Source of the DNA: Phoronis australis
Taxonomy: Eukaryota; Animalia; Phoronida
Assembly: GCA_002633005.1 (NCBI GenBank)
Contig: NMRA01000005.1
Span: 1,409,635 to 1,473,634, forward strand
Length of the DNA: 64,000 nucleotides
Reading direction: 5' to 3'
Program-made: the position numbers and the translations under genes
The notes under the pieces: generated by a model
What the model was told of the DNA's origin: nothing
What the model saw: the letters and a program-made list of their open reading frames with translations, nothing else
Databases searched by the model: none
Shown here: one piece after another, positions 1-12,887 of the stretch
Position numbering within the stretch: position 1 is the first letter of the stretch
How the letters are laid out: the number at the start of each line of letters is the position of its first letter

Positions 1-674
1 GTTAGTGTTCTTTTGAACTTGGATTTGGCAACAACCAAATAACGGTCGGATTAACAAGAGCTGCTTTGTATTTGCCAGGTATCTGTTGAGAAGTGTAAAA
101 ACTCAGCTCGCATTCGTTGGAAATTCCAGGTCGCATTTTGCGACTTGATACGAGCTGACAAAAATCTCAGCTCGCATTTCCAAATTTCAGGTCGCAAATG
201 CGACCTGCAGCTCGTTATGTCGAGCCCTGCATCTGGGTAAAGCGCGGTGTGATTTTCAATGGCGGCTCGTGTTATTGTTAAGCGTGACGACAAATACTAC
301 CGCTCTGCAGCCAAATTTGTGTGGGTTGGGAGTGGACGGGCGAGCGAAAAGGACGCAGACTCATGCTACTGATGGTGGTAAGGTTTTTTTTTCTTTTTTT
401 TTTTTAGTCCTGCCGATTTTTGTCGCGGAAAGGTTCACATTGACCATTCAAAGGCTTGTTATTGGGCATGATTTGGGCCGTAAAAGTTTCCGCGTTTTTT
501 GTCATTGGTCATTCCAAGCCCTGATCTGTGTCATTTTTGCATTTTTCTTTTTCATCTGTTTTATCATTGCCACGTGGGAGGATAGTTTTGATGGTTTTAG
601 CCATGTACACTGAACATGCACGGAGAATTGATACGTTCATTGAATTGGTTTGCACTGTTACGTTCGTGTTTTAG

Positions 675-3600
675 GTGATTCGTGCTGTACAGCCCGATGT
701 GGTTATGGTGGAACTGTGTTCCAGCCGTATCAACATTCTTCAAATGGATGAGACAGCGCTGCTAGAGGAGGCGAAGAACATCAATTTGGACAAACTGAGG
801 AGCGCTGTGCAGCAGGTACGTCTGTAGGTAATGTGGGAAAGTTTGAATCTCATATGAGTAATTATGATAACAGTGCCACCTGTGGAGAGGCCTGCGTAGA
901 GGTTCACACTTCTGTTATGAATTAGTGACGTAAAGCTTCCAGTGCTGTGCCGATGTGTTTGCTGCAGAAAAATGGTTGTATTGGTTGACTGTTGGGCAAT
1001 TATTTGGAGAGTCCTGGGAGTGCTGGTCGGCTGCTGGTGTCAAAACTGTCAAATTGCTACTACTGGTGTCATAAAAAATCATTCGATCATGTGAGGGATT
1101 GAATGTTTTAGAACTCAGTCCGGTGACCCAGGCAAGCATCACTCGATGTGTGATCGAGGCATTACTCTAAAAACATAGTTCACATCAAAAATACTTTTGA
1201 ACAGTATATACTAGGAACTGACAAAATTGGCAGAGTCGTTTTAGTGGGGTTACATGGAACTAAACTTGCCTGACCTTGAAGTCTTAAAGTATTGAGTTCA
1301 CAGCTTGCTTCTCAATGTAAAATCATAAATAAAACTTCAAAGTACGTACAAGGTTGTTTCACATTTTTTTGTCGTTGGTTTATTGGCATAGAGAAAGTAT
1401 AAGTATCAGTATCAGTATTGGTATCATATTGGCATAGTGATTTGTACTGGTTTTGAAAGAACATCTGTATCAAATTAGCAGTATTGGTGTCATACTAATT
1501 TCTGTATACTGGTACATGACTCAGTTTTTGGTTCAATCTGAAACCACAATGCACTGTGTGTTGACAGGCAACAACTGATGTGTCTTCCAGTGCACTGTGT
1601 GGTGACTGGCAATAGCTGATTGTGTCTTCCAATGGCCTTCAATGTATCAGTAAAAACACAGAGCATTTATCAAAGGACCGGCTTATTCCTTGGAACAGCG
1701 AAAAACTGATTTGATTTTGAGGTACAAGAGGTATTACTTGAAACAATCGAATGGATCATTCAAACTCTTTTTATCAAAATGTAGAACTTTGATTCAACTT
1801 ATCGCATGCCTGATACTGGCCGTGTGGATAACTGTCTGCCATATTTTACATCATCAGCACGTACTACTGCTGTGGATGCAGATTATGTCATCAGTTGTTT
1901 ATGAGACGTAGCTGCTACGCTGTCGTAAGGTGAAAAAAGACTGTACAGCTTTTGAATGACTATTTTTTTGTTACAGAGTGGCGTCATACAGGGTGTGATG
2001 CATCTGTTATTGCTAAGCATGTCCGCACACATCACCAAGGAGTTGGGGATGGCACCTGGCGGGGAGTTCCGTACTGCATTTAAAGAGGTATGAAGACCTG
2101 TTACCATGGCTTTGTGCATGGAATAATGCATTTTTAGCAACATTTAAAATGCAACAGTCCAGAATATAAGGCCATACTCTACTATAAGGCCGTGGCCTCT
2201 TCTACAAGGCTTTATGGTTTTCAAACAAAAGAGAAATACAAGGCTAGATATCAAATTCTTTTGCCCTAAAGGGAAAAATATGTTTTTGATGTTTTGGAAA
2301 AATGATAGTACGACTGGAGTCTTTAAGGTAACAGGAGATTATGCATAAAAACAGCGTCCATAAGTGTATCTTCTAAACCTACTGCGGGATCTTGGTTGGC
2401 AGTGGATGATGACGACTTTCAGATGGATTGACGAATACTGTGCCCCCTAGTGGCAATTTCACTTTTTTCCTGTTTTCCTCTGATGTTCCTGGACAGATTT
2501 TTATGAAATTCGATAGACAGCTTTCTATTAGAGAAACGATGACATGTTGCTGTTTTCGGATGGATTGGACGTATTTTGTGCCATGTAGTGGCCATTTTTA
2601 GGACACAAACACTCTTTGAAGTACACGGCTTGCGGTGCATTCATGGGCACATTTCCACGCTCTGCATTGCTCTTGTTTGCATGTCCGTGAAATTAATAAT
2701 TCATGTCTTGTCCGTGAAATTAATAATTTAGGTCTTGTCTGTGAAAGTGTTGTGGATAACAGAGTTGCAACTGCTGTCCTAAACACGCATTCTGCTCATG
2801 TATTAGGCGCGCAAGGTTCCCGGTTGTCGGGTCCACCTGGGGGACAGACCCATACAGATTACCCTGAGGCGAGCAATTGGCTCTTTGTCCCTCTGGCAGA
2901 AGCTGACCTTAGCCTGGTACATGATCACTAACAAAGAGCCTATCAGGTGAGTATTCCTTATAAGGGCGTCTAAGTGAGATTTCCCTGGCTCTGATTGGAT
3001 CGATTAAATAATCTTGTTATTTTGATCACTCATTGACCTTTGTGATCTTATTTCAGCAAGAATGTGAGTTATTTCTTACCGGCTTCTGAGGCTTTGAAAT
3101 ATAGTAATTGGTGCAGTTTATGTTGCATGTAAAGGGTCCAAACATCTGAGAGAATTATATTTTGATGCTGTATGTGATGACATGATCGAGCTTCATTTTC
3201 TGATGTCAGCGTATTACTTCTTGAGGAAATTAATGCCTGTAGCTGTTTGTAACATGATTTTATCTGGCAACTTGAGTTGATAGGTCTTGGCGTCCGGCTT
3301 CAAATTACAGTTGTTCTCCATTTATATTGTACAAAAAACAATCGCCAGAACGGGTATTTCCATTTTTCAAAAGTTGATTACCTAGGTCCAACTACTGGGA
3401 GCATTTCTAATTGTTTTTTGGCATATATATTTTCAAAAATAATTTTGTTAAGCTTTGTTTTTTTGGAAATTTTTGACGAAATGAAATTTCACTTATCCAC
3501 CATATTGTGCACTGTTATAACCGTAACTGACAACTTCTTAACTATCTTCACTTTCTCTACAGTAAAGAGGAGGTGGAGAGATGTAAACAGAGAGACCTGC

Positions 3601-6600
3601 TAGAAGAGATGTTGGCCGAGATGACTGGCGAGTACCCGGCGTTAAGCAATGTGTTCGTGCACGAGCGCGACCTCTTTCTGGCCAGGTCGCTACGACTGGC
3701 TGCCGAGCCTCTCAGGCACCCAGAGATCGAGGGAGGTATGTCACTTGTTTCTGTATTTATTAAGATGTTGAATTCCAAATAAAAGTGGTTCAGAAATGAA
3801 ATTGGTTGACGTTCCTGGGTTCCTCATTGGCCTTGATAAAATAAAAAATTTAGTGCACCTGACGATTCGATCCAAGTTAATGCTTTTTTCAAACTTATTC
3901 ACACGTTCACTGTATGGATATGATCACACGTTCACTGCCCTTTTTTCATTTGTCAAGGGCTTCTAACCATGTTATGAATGCAGAAAATTTTTTAAAAAAA
4001 CTTTGATGGTAATTGTGGTACAAAACCTGAACATGGAAAATCATTTAATTTGGTGCCACATATCTTTCTTGGAAAAAATGTCCTAAATTGATGAGATTTT
4101 ACCGTATGCTTTTTGCGCTGTTCTTCAAAACTCCTTTAGAAATTGTTTTTAAAATGTTCCACTTTTGCCTGAGGGATTGGTAAATAATGGAACGGGTAAG
4201 TAGTCTGAATCAGAAATTGTTTTTGTGATGAAACGCGAGTAAATCAAATAGTTCTTGGAACAAAATGAAACTTTCCAGGTGTGTGTGTTGATTTTGTAGT
4301 TACACTTTGCCTTCATTTGTTTTAAACGTGTGCATTTCTCATCGACCTAATCATTCATAATCAGCTTTTGTATGCTCAATCAATGTCACTGTTTTTTTGC
4401 GAAAAGTAAAAAAGTTGTGATATTCTATGCTTTTATGAAAAAGTGAAGATCGATTTTTTTGCAAAGTCAGCACCTTAAGGTCTCGCAAACCATACTAATG
4501 TAGTTCTAGGTCATTTCTACATTGCACCTGAAATATAGAAGACTGTTGTGTCATTAGTTGGTTTAAATTGTCACAATAATTTAACACTTTTGGAAACTAC
4601 TGTAAATTGTCTTTTAAGCTGAAGTACTGTTTATAGTTATCAGCATTTCCCCGTGTGTGCTCGGTCCATTAGTATTTGTACAGTATCTATTGGTAGTGGT
4701 ATCCCTCTTCTGTCCAGCCTTAATTTGAAGTTGAGCTAATTGTACAATAGGTGGCGTGGAGACCGGACTTAAATAATGAAATGTCAAATGATATGTGTGT
4801 GAGGGCTGTTCCAGTAAAATCTGTATGGGAGGGGGGGGGGAAGGCACNNNNNNNNNNNNNNNNNNNNNNNNNNNNNNNNNNNNNNNNNNNNNNNNNNNNN
4901 NNNNNNNNNNNNNNNNNNNNNNNNNNNNNNNNNNNNNNNNNNNNNNNNNNNNNNNNNNNNNNNNNNNNNNNNNNNNNNNNNNNNNNNNNNNNNNNNNNNN
5001 NNNNNNNNNNNNNNNNNNNNNNNNNNNNNNNNNNNNNNNNNNNNNNNNNNNNNNNNNNNNNNNNNNNNNNNNNNNNNNNNNNNNNNNNNNNNNNNNNNNN
5101 NNNNNNCCGTAATTTTTTATAAGTTTGAAATGCAACCACCCGTAATTTTTTTTTTGTTCTTGTGGTTGACTGCACAGGCGCTTGAGTTTATCTGTTCCTC
5201 CATCACCACTAACATCATTCATTACTAAGAAAACATATGTTTCTTATATATGGTTATTAGCCATCGAGAAATTCGAGCACTTGTGATTAAATGGTGTTAT
5301 GGGCATGCCGATGAGGAGATCGGAGGGAGTGAAAAAGTCGGAGCTTTTTGCAAGTTGCATTTTTGTTTCAGTTTTTGATTCTGTGCAGATTGTTTATAAA
5401 ATTTACTAAAATTACCCACCATCAAACATTTATGGCCCAATGAAACAACAACGACCTGTAAATTTTAATTTTTTTGAAGTACGACCACCAGCCATTTTGA
5501 ATTTAAATCAAACGCAACCACCCATAAATTTTTATTTCAGTTGCCTTCCCCCTCTTCCACACAGATTTTGCTGGAACAGCCCTGATAAGTAAGGGACCAT
5601 CCACAATTATCTGAGTCTACTTTAACAAGTGTACAAAATATATATGTTTCCAATCCCCGTATTTTCCAGATTTTTAAAATTTTTATTTTTGAGGTGAAAT
5701 CAATGCTGGTAAATGGACAATTTGTCTGTCTCATATTTTTGTTTGTCTGTCAAGATTAATTGGTAGTCATACAAAATGATTTTGGTAGAACGTTTCTGTC
5801 AAGGAATTCTGGGAATGTTTAAACTACTATTTGTTCAACTGCTATATCATTGATGATGTGGAAATACCAGATATTTTTATTACCTCAAAAGCATCCTTTA
5901 ACGCTAAGCCTAGAACCCTACCCCCCATTACAAAATTGTACGTTTTGTATTTGTGAAATTGGCGATAATTGACCTATTAGCAGGATTTTGAGTGACACCT
6001 TAACTGGCCATTTTACCTGACAAGTTGTTGTTTGTCTGTCAATTTTTTGCAAGGGGGAGGGGCGGAGCTTGCGATAGGTCAGTTATGAATGGTCCCTAAG
6101 CAAAATGCCACAACTGTTAGTTCTCTTGCCGTACATTTCCAGAAGTGGTGCCCTCTGTTGTTGTGGGTGTGGTCGGGATAGGTCACTGCAAGGGTATAGT
6201 GGACCACTGGAACGATGAACATATCGACATAAGTGGAATCATGAGGTAAGAATTAATGTTGGAAACCACTCCTACAAAAATGACAATAAAATTGTCCAGT
6301 TTGGACTGTGCAAACTTATTGCGCTCAAGGTTTAAGTTTGTTTCAAATTTTAGAAATAGGCAATACTGATCATCCGAAATTCAAGAATGCGAATCAATGG
6401 CAAACGATCATGTTCATCAATATCAAATCCTTTGGGGACACGTGAAAATGCTCAATTATTTTCAGACTGTTGATACTAAACGCTGCATCCAATATTTGTG
6501 AAATACAATGAATGCCAAAATTGCCCGTTTCAATCTTGGATTGAATTTTGGAGTCCTAATTTGGGAGACTTCCCAAGGTGGAGAATGTTTACCGTATTTT

Positions 6601-7899
6601 TTAGTCACCATTAATCAATGAATCATCAAGAGCCTGGAGTAAACGTAGAATCGTTTGACTTTCAAATCAATGTGCTTTCCTATGCATAACCTACCTTCAC
6701 TCTCCATCGTCAGAAAACAACGAAAAAATTCAACTGCATCATTTATGTACTTATTGTTTATATCAAATTTTAATTAGTCTCATTTGTTTCCAAATTATGG
6801 ACGAAAGCCCAAGTCTATGGAGAGCATTATAGCACACTGAAAGTCTCGGACTCTTTGTAAAGTATGTTATCTGCTAGCCACATTTAAAAGAAAAATGAAT
6901 CTATGCGTAGATTTGTTGTGGAAGACTGGAGAAGTCAGGATATCAGTTTTGGAGTTTCTGCAATTTTTTCTAAAGAGGAAATGCAAGTCTTTCATGTCAC
7001 CATTTAAATTGTAAAAACCGATTTTGTTATTGAAAAATACATAACGTGTCTAGAAAACAGTTCACTTAGAACAGTCCTCACAAGATTTAGATGTTCGGCT
7101 CATTCTTTTATGATAGTTAAGGGAAGATCTATTTGTCTTGATAGAGAGGAGAGAACATGGCCCTGCTGCAATAGTGGAAAAGTGGAATCAGAAATACACT
7201 TTCTTCTCGAATGTAAATAATATTCTGATTTGCGCATGCAGTTTGTACCTAGATTCAGTGGAGTAGATGAAGCTAGAAGCAGTATTCAGGATCTCCTACA
7301 GATCTACGATTTAAATAACTTGAGAAAAATTGCTGAATATTTAATTAATGCTGAGAAACGTCGAAACAACTTTCTTGATGTAAATTAGTATTGGTTTGGA
7401 TATCCTGTATTCTCTGTTTATTATATATTTGTATTTTGTGCTGAAGTCCTATTTACGTGAAATACATGTTCATAATGTCGGGTGCTATATACGGTGCAAG
7501 ACAACACCGTTTCCTGTCACGACAGCTAATTCTATCAACAGCAAAAATGACTGGTTATAACCATTAGGGTGGCAAAATTGCAATGACAGAGCGGCTTAGC
7601 CACGTTACTACCTGTCCTGTTCCTTTCCTTTCATTCTCAGTCATGAGGGAAGACTGCTATGACGATGAAGTCCGCTTTCACCCAGCGGTCATGGCGAGGA
7701 ATTCTGGGTCATTTTTTGGCTTGTACTGTAGTCTTTGTATTTCTACTCTTGTTTTCTACGTTTCAGCATTCCAGAAAGTTCAGTGTTCATGAAGTCACTC
7801 AAGTGGATATTCAGAGGGACAGTGGCGGGTGTGGCGGCCCTCTTAATCTACAAAATTGGTGCAGGCTGGGTTTTGCCATTGTTTGGGTCATCGTCATAG
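675..7899 (+). CDS. TRABD: TraB domain-containing protein, 3' portion (6 coding exons; 5' exons lie upstream of the window)
   Basis: GT-AG exons 675-815, 1977-2087, 2807-2946, 3563-3735, 6143-6245 and 7767-7899 join in frame. They give VIRAVQPDVVMVELCSSRINIL...MSAHITKELGMAPGGEFRTAFKE...HLGDRPIQITLRRA...CKQRDLLEEMLAEMTGEYPALSNVFVHERD...VVVGVVGIGH..., ending in a hydrophobic tail anchor (GTVAGVAALLIYKIG) and TAG at 7897-7899. These motifs match animal TRABD. Confidence 0.93.
4803..5582. mobile_element. PIF/Harbinger-type MITE in a TRABD intron (spans the N gap)
   Basis: Terminal inverted repeats GGGCTGTTCCAGTAAAATCTGT... and ...ACAGATTTTGCTGGAACAGCCC. Both ends are flanked by TGA (4800-4802, 5583-5585), a 3-bp TSD. 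Confidence 0.7.
4848..5106. other. Assembly gap (run of N)
   Basis: Run of N bases. ORFs spanning it are artefacts. Confidence 0.99.
5593..6096. mobile_element. Second Harbinger-type MITE next to the first
   Basis: Termini GGGACCATCCACAATTA and AGTTATGAATGGTCCC are inverted repeats, flanked by TAA on both sides (5590-5592, 6097-6099). Confidence 0.6.
7030..7385 (+). mobile_element. Degenerate non-LTR retrotransposon ORF2 3' end in the last TRABD intron
   Basis: Reads ...LRTVLTRFRCSAHSFMIVKGR...REERTWPCCNSGKVESEIHFLLECK*YSDLR. This is the Cys/His motif found C-terminal to LINE reverse transcriptases, with an in-frame stop. Confidence 0.65.
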
Positions 7900-8577
7900 C
7901 GACATCCGTTCAAAACAATTCTGAGTCTCATGCTGACATAGCTACTCTGTTGATCTATGAAACAGTTTTAGCCATGTACGGTAAAATCTCATCAATTTCG
8001 GACAAAAGTGTTGTCGAAATTGACCTTTTACATTTTCCAATGACTTCTTGCTAGTGGTGAATAGCTTCAGTTTTGCAAAATATTGTTTTGTGGAAACCAT
8101 AGTACAGACCGTGACTATGAAAATGGATTACTGAAGTTTTGCTACAAGTCCTTTATGGAATAAAGCGAGAGAAAATGAATTTCTTTTGTCCCCCATATCA
8201 TAAGTTGTTGAGATTTTGCTGTTTGATATCAGTGTGTGGGTCATTGGCAAAATGCCATCTATTCTTAGAGACTCAAAAGATATGGCTACTCTTTTGATTT
8301 ATAGAATCACTTGTAGCCGTATGGTATTGCTTGGGCCATGGACAAAGCATTGTAGGTATAATTTAAGCTGCATTTCATTGTGTTGAGCTGGCTGAAACTC
8401 GACTTTTTTCTCCCATAAAATTGGTGCATATTATTCCTTGCCATGATAGGATTCTATTTCCGTTATCTTTAAGAATATCAAAACCGTCAGCTTTCAGGAA
8501 AGTGCTTCTGAAGCACTTATTTTGGTTGGCCAACATGAATTTGCATTAATTCAACATTGATTGAGCATGGTACAGTT

Positions 8578-9973
8578 TTAAAGGGTAGGGCAACCGTTTT
8601 TGTGTCATTTTTGGTTCAGTTTTGATTTTACGGTAATGCCAGATAAATTTTCAAGTAAATTAATTTCTCCCAAACTCTAACTGATTATGTGTGCAAAACT
8701 TCGTAAGTGACATTTGTGCCTCGAATCATTCCTCTCCAGCTTTGTTTCCATGATTCCTTGCGGAAGCTATTGATTACTTACTGTTTTCCAAAAAAATGTA
8801 GTTGTTAGTTGCCTTGGGATTGTATTCTCGGGCAATCCTGGATTGATCTAGAACTCAGTGGAATGGAATTTAACCATAGTTTGCTCCGCAGTGAACGGGA
8901 TATGGCTGGAGTCGAGGACTACAAAAGCATAAATCGCGTACAGAATCTGTGTGGCCTCGGATGCTGCAGTAACTGTTCACACTAACTGTCTGGCCTTGAC
9001 TCATCGAGGTAGCTGTAGCTTACAAGGCTTTGCATTTCAAAATAGCACTCCTGGGAGGTGGCGACGGGCCAGCAAAGGGAAATAGTGATTGTTTGACATC
9101 CTTCACGTGTTCAGCTGGTGCCTTCATGATCTGAGCATACATGTGTGTTTTGTAATCCGACTGGAAGAAATGTTTGCTGCACACATGCCAGGTAGTTGCG
9201 CACCTCATGACTGGGAACGCTGCATTCTTGTGAACGAGCCAACTCGACTGTAAATCTTCGGGTGAAATATATCTCCTATGCTCTCAGAGAGTTGATGATG
9301 TTCGTATCCAGGCACACAACAAGTGACGGGCTTACCGTAACACATGTAATTTGGTTTGTACAGTATGTTAAGAGCATCGCTCTGAGCTCACTAGTGCCAT
9401 AAGTTGTGAAATGTAACGAACTGTTAGGCGTAGTTGCTCGCTTTTGTCTTCATCACCGCAAAAATCACCTTTTAATTAAAACAGCTGCGAATAACACCCA
9501 CATGCAATGGTGTTCTGTTCAGACCCCCATACAATACAACCTTTTGTTGTTTGTGCTGGGATCTCGTGGTGACGCAACATGGCACAAAAAGGCAGCTTTG
9601 CTTATCATTTGATGGGCTTACACTTGCATGATTGAACTCGCATTTACTTATTTTACTAAGGCTTTGCTAGGACTATCTGGTTAGCCTAATACAGCTAAAG
9701 TAACAAAATTCCGTTGAAGTTAGGCTTTAAAGGCAAGTAAGGGTCTAATCTGTAACAAGCTGAGGTATACAACAAAGCATCCAATGTTGAACGCAGTTCC
9801 AAGTGCTTGTAAATGAAGGTGGCGGAAATGATTCGGGCCACGAACATCACTTCTGGTGTAACACATGCGTAATTATTTAGAACCCGGGAATTTAATTAAC
9901 TTGAAAATCTATCTATGATAGCCAAAAATGGGAGTTTAACAAGAATAACACTAAAATGGTTGCTTTCACTTTT
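8578..9973 (-). mobile_element. Decayed THAP-bearing Kolobok-like DNA transposon downstream of TRABD
   Basis: The left end TTAAAGGGTAGGGCAACCGTTTTTGTGTCA resembles the element at 30309. Degenerate inverted arms lie at about 8578-8745 and 9815-9973. The internal minus-strand THAP relic reads HVCSKHFFQSDY...SLFPFAGPSPPPRSAILK (9020-9208), paralleling the 30309 element. Confidence 0.6.
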
Positions 9974-12887
9974 GGATTCAGTTAAGAATTCACCATTGGC
10001 AGCTTTACAGCGGCGAAATGCCCCTTTAATGTTTAAAAACAGGTTAACAGTGTAACTTTGTTAACTCATAGAATAATTACTGGTAATTGGTTGTTTCCAT
10101 GGTTTGAGTCATCGTGGTTACGATGTCATTTAAAGATATTCATATAATCATAAGTTAGAATATAGTTGTTGTTACTGTTGATATACAGATTTATTTCTTG
10201 TCGATGATGTCATGGTTTGCATTGTTATAGTAACGTTTTAATTGCATTTCCTTATGTTAAGCTATCAGAAAAAGAAGGTATGTGTGCCTGGGAGAGAGAT
10301 GAAATGAATGCTAACTAAGGGACTGTGGTGGGACATTTTGTGGAACAAAGTCATTCTCACCTCCGACAATGCAGGTGCTGTTGTATTGTGAAAAACAGGA
10401 CTTTGAATTTTCCTCATTTAAGATTTCCTTTTTTAGTTTCGATTCCATCTTAGTTGATTTCCACTTTTCTCTTTTTTTGTCTCTTTGTCATTATTTTGGT
10501 TTTTTCTTGCAAAAACATTTATTTCACTTAAATTTTACTACACAAAAAATATTTCTATCGCACAACATGTTCTACTACTTGTAGGGAAGGTAGATATTTT
10601 TGTTGTCTAAACTTTGTTGAAAAAGTGTTAATGTAACTGTGTATAACAGGAATACTTCAAGTCATTTTCTGTGCTTTACAGATCCATACTATCATAGAGC
10701 TGACACCCAGCATCAGCCAGAAACATCGTATAGTAGATTTTTGCTGACACAGTTCATAATCTGGTTACAAAGATGGGCGTTCAGTGTGGACTTGGACTCC
10801 ACTATTTTATTTTTTAAATATACAGTATTTATTTCCTGATCCTGTGGATTGCCTACATCTTTAGCTAGGGGTGGGGGCAAGACATTGGTTACCATATAAT
10901 GATAGAATATTATAATGTATATTAATTTACCCAATTGTTTGGTTAGAGACATTTTCTTGTGTCCCTTTTAAAATGAAAATTTTATTTTCTTTGGAAATCC
11001 ACGGTATCCGAATTTTGAATTGGGTGTCCGTGATAATTTAGGTGTGCGAAATTTCGTACCTCAGTCAAGGGTTTACCGTACACTGCGGAGTGGTCACCCA
11101 GACAATTGATTTTCGCATTGTTTGTTTTTCACTGCCATAATCCACGAGTGCTCTTATTTTATGGAGCACGCTTGCCTTTCTTTGTTAGTAATGTTTAATT
11201 TTAATGGTAATCAAGTTTTAAAATGTTTACATTGTCACTAAATGTTATTTTTGAATATGACATGTTGCTATAGATGTTTAGGCTGGTGTGCGTACGTAAA
11301 TTCTAAATGTAAATTGTAACTGTCTTGATCGGTGCAAGTTATATTAGCCTTGCTTTACGTTTTTTCTAAATGTTCTATTTCTTGGAAAACGGTTCTAACA
11401 ATGTTACCATATGAGAAATACAAGTTTAAAGGGAGCATAAACTCATCGATGTGTTCCGTTCTATGCTGACATCACAGTCGCTAGGCCTACTAGGCTGCCG
11501 CGAATGACCAAGCGTTCTGTTGTAGACAAATCTATTCGCTTGTTTAGAATGGCGTCATTTTGTCATTTTCGACCCAGTCAAATAAACTTAAGGTGCCAAA
11601 GTCAATATGAATAATAATTAGGCCAGATTTACCCATATTTGTAAATTACAACGACTTGGAAATTATTACGTTGCTACCGACTCTTACTCCTTCTCAACTC
11701 CCCGTGAGCATACAATAGGTGCAACAGTTGATGGAGCACACCGATTAATTCAAACACAAGTGCTAAATTGCCCCCGTGGTTACCTGAATCGAAAAGTAAT
11801 CAAGACCTGCAAAAAATTACGTTTTTGTAAATGTGATGCGACTGAGCATCTCTGTTCCAGTTGTTGGCCCAAATCGCGTAAACGTCGGATACGTCATCGC
11901 TAAACACTGAATACTACACAGTTTACGATTTCTGCAAGAACAGAATAATATAAACAAGTGTTACTTCAATGTTTTATACTGAGAAGAAACCGCCAAAAGG
12001 TTCTAAGCCTCATTTTGATTTTACACGCGATCAAAAAAGAAATGAAGTACAAAAGTCATGGTGAGTTGGATCAGTACACTCACAGGGTTAAATTAAAACG
12101 ATAAGTCTATAAAACAAGCAGCCAGTCCAGACGAGATGAAGAGCAACTGAATCCAGAACTTATAAGTAATTATGAGTCACAGTTACGGTAAAATCTCACC
12201 AACTTCTGCACAAGTGGCCGACAAGTGAAAATTATTTTCTCAAATATTCACTATGTTAGGCTGCATCAAATTAATGCTTACGTTCTGTACCATAGCTCTG
12301 ACATCGAAAAATACTTTTGAAAAATTGTGGGCATTCACAAAAGGGTTTGAAGACCTTGAAAAAGAAGGAAAGGGTAATTTGGGCAATTTTGTTTTTGTCC
12401 GAATTTGGTGAAATAATCCAGGACACCAGATACTGCGAACTGTCATTGTGAAAAGTACATATATTAAGAAGACAGGCAAGTGGCAATAATGCGTCCCAAT
12501 AATACGTCGTAACTGCAGGAGTTGCAAAGCGAAATCCGAAAACGTTTTCACTGAAGTCAAAGAATATTATTCGTTATTTGAGACAGCTGCAGAGTAGTTG
12601 TACTACAGATATGCACTGGTTTAAATACATCATACGATTAGACTGGAGTTTACGATTATACGTAGCAGATCTCTGTTAGTCCACCAATCTGCAAAAGGTT
12701 ACTCCATCACCTTTCAGTTCGACGACTGGTGCATACTAGACCTCCTATCCGATGGCCTTCAATATTAGTAAATCTTTTCTTCATAATTTTAGTTTCAATC
12801 AATGTCTTGACTGTTAGGATGCCTACGTGAAATGATCTCGTTTTCATTTCCTTGGATGCTCGGTGTATGTGTGCTCATTCTGGACGT

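Noticed and set aside
4614-5222. Long ORFs at 4614-5222
   Set aside because: They are open only because they cross the N gap.
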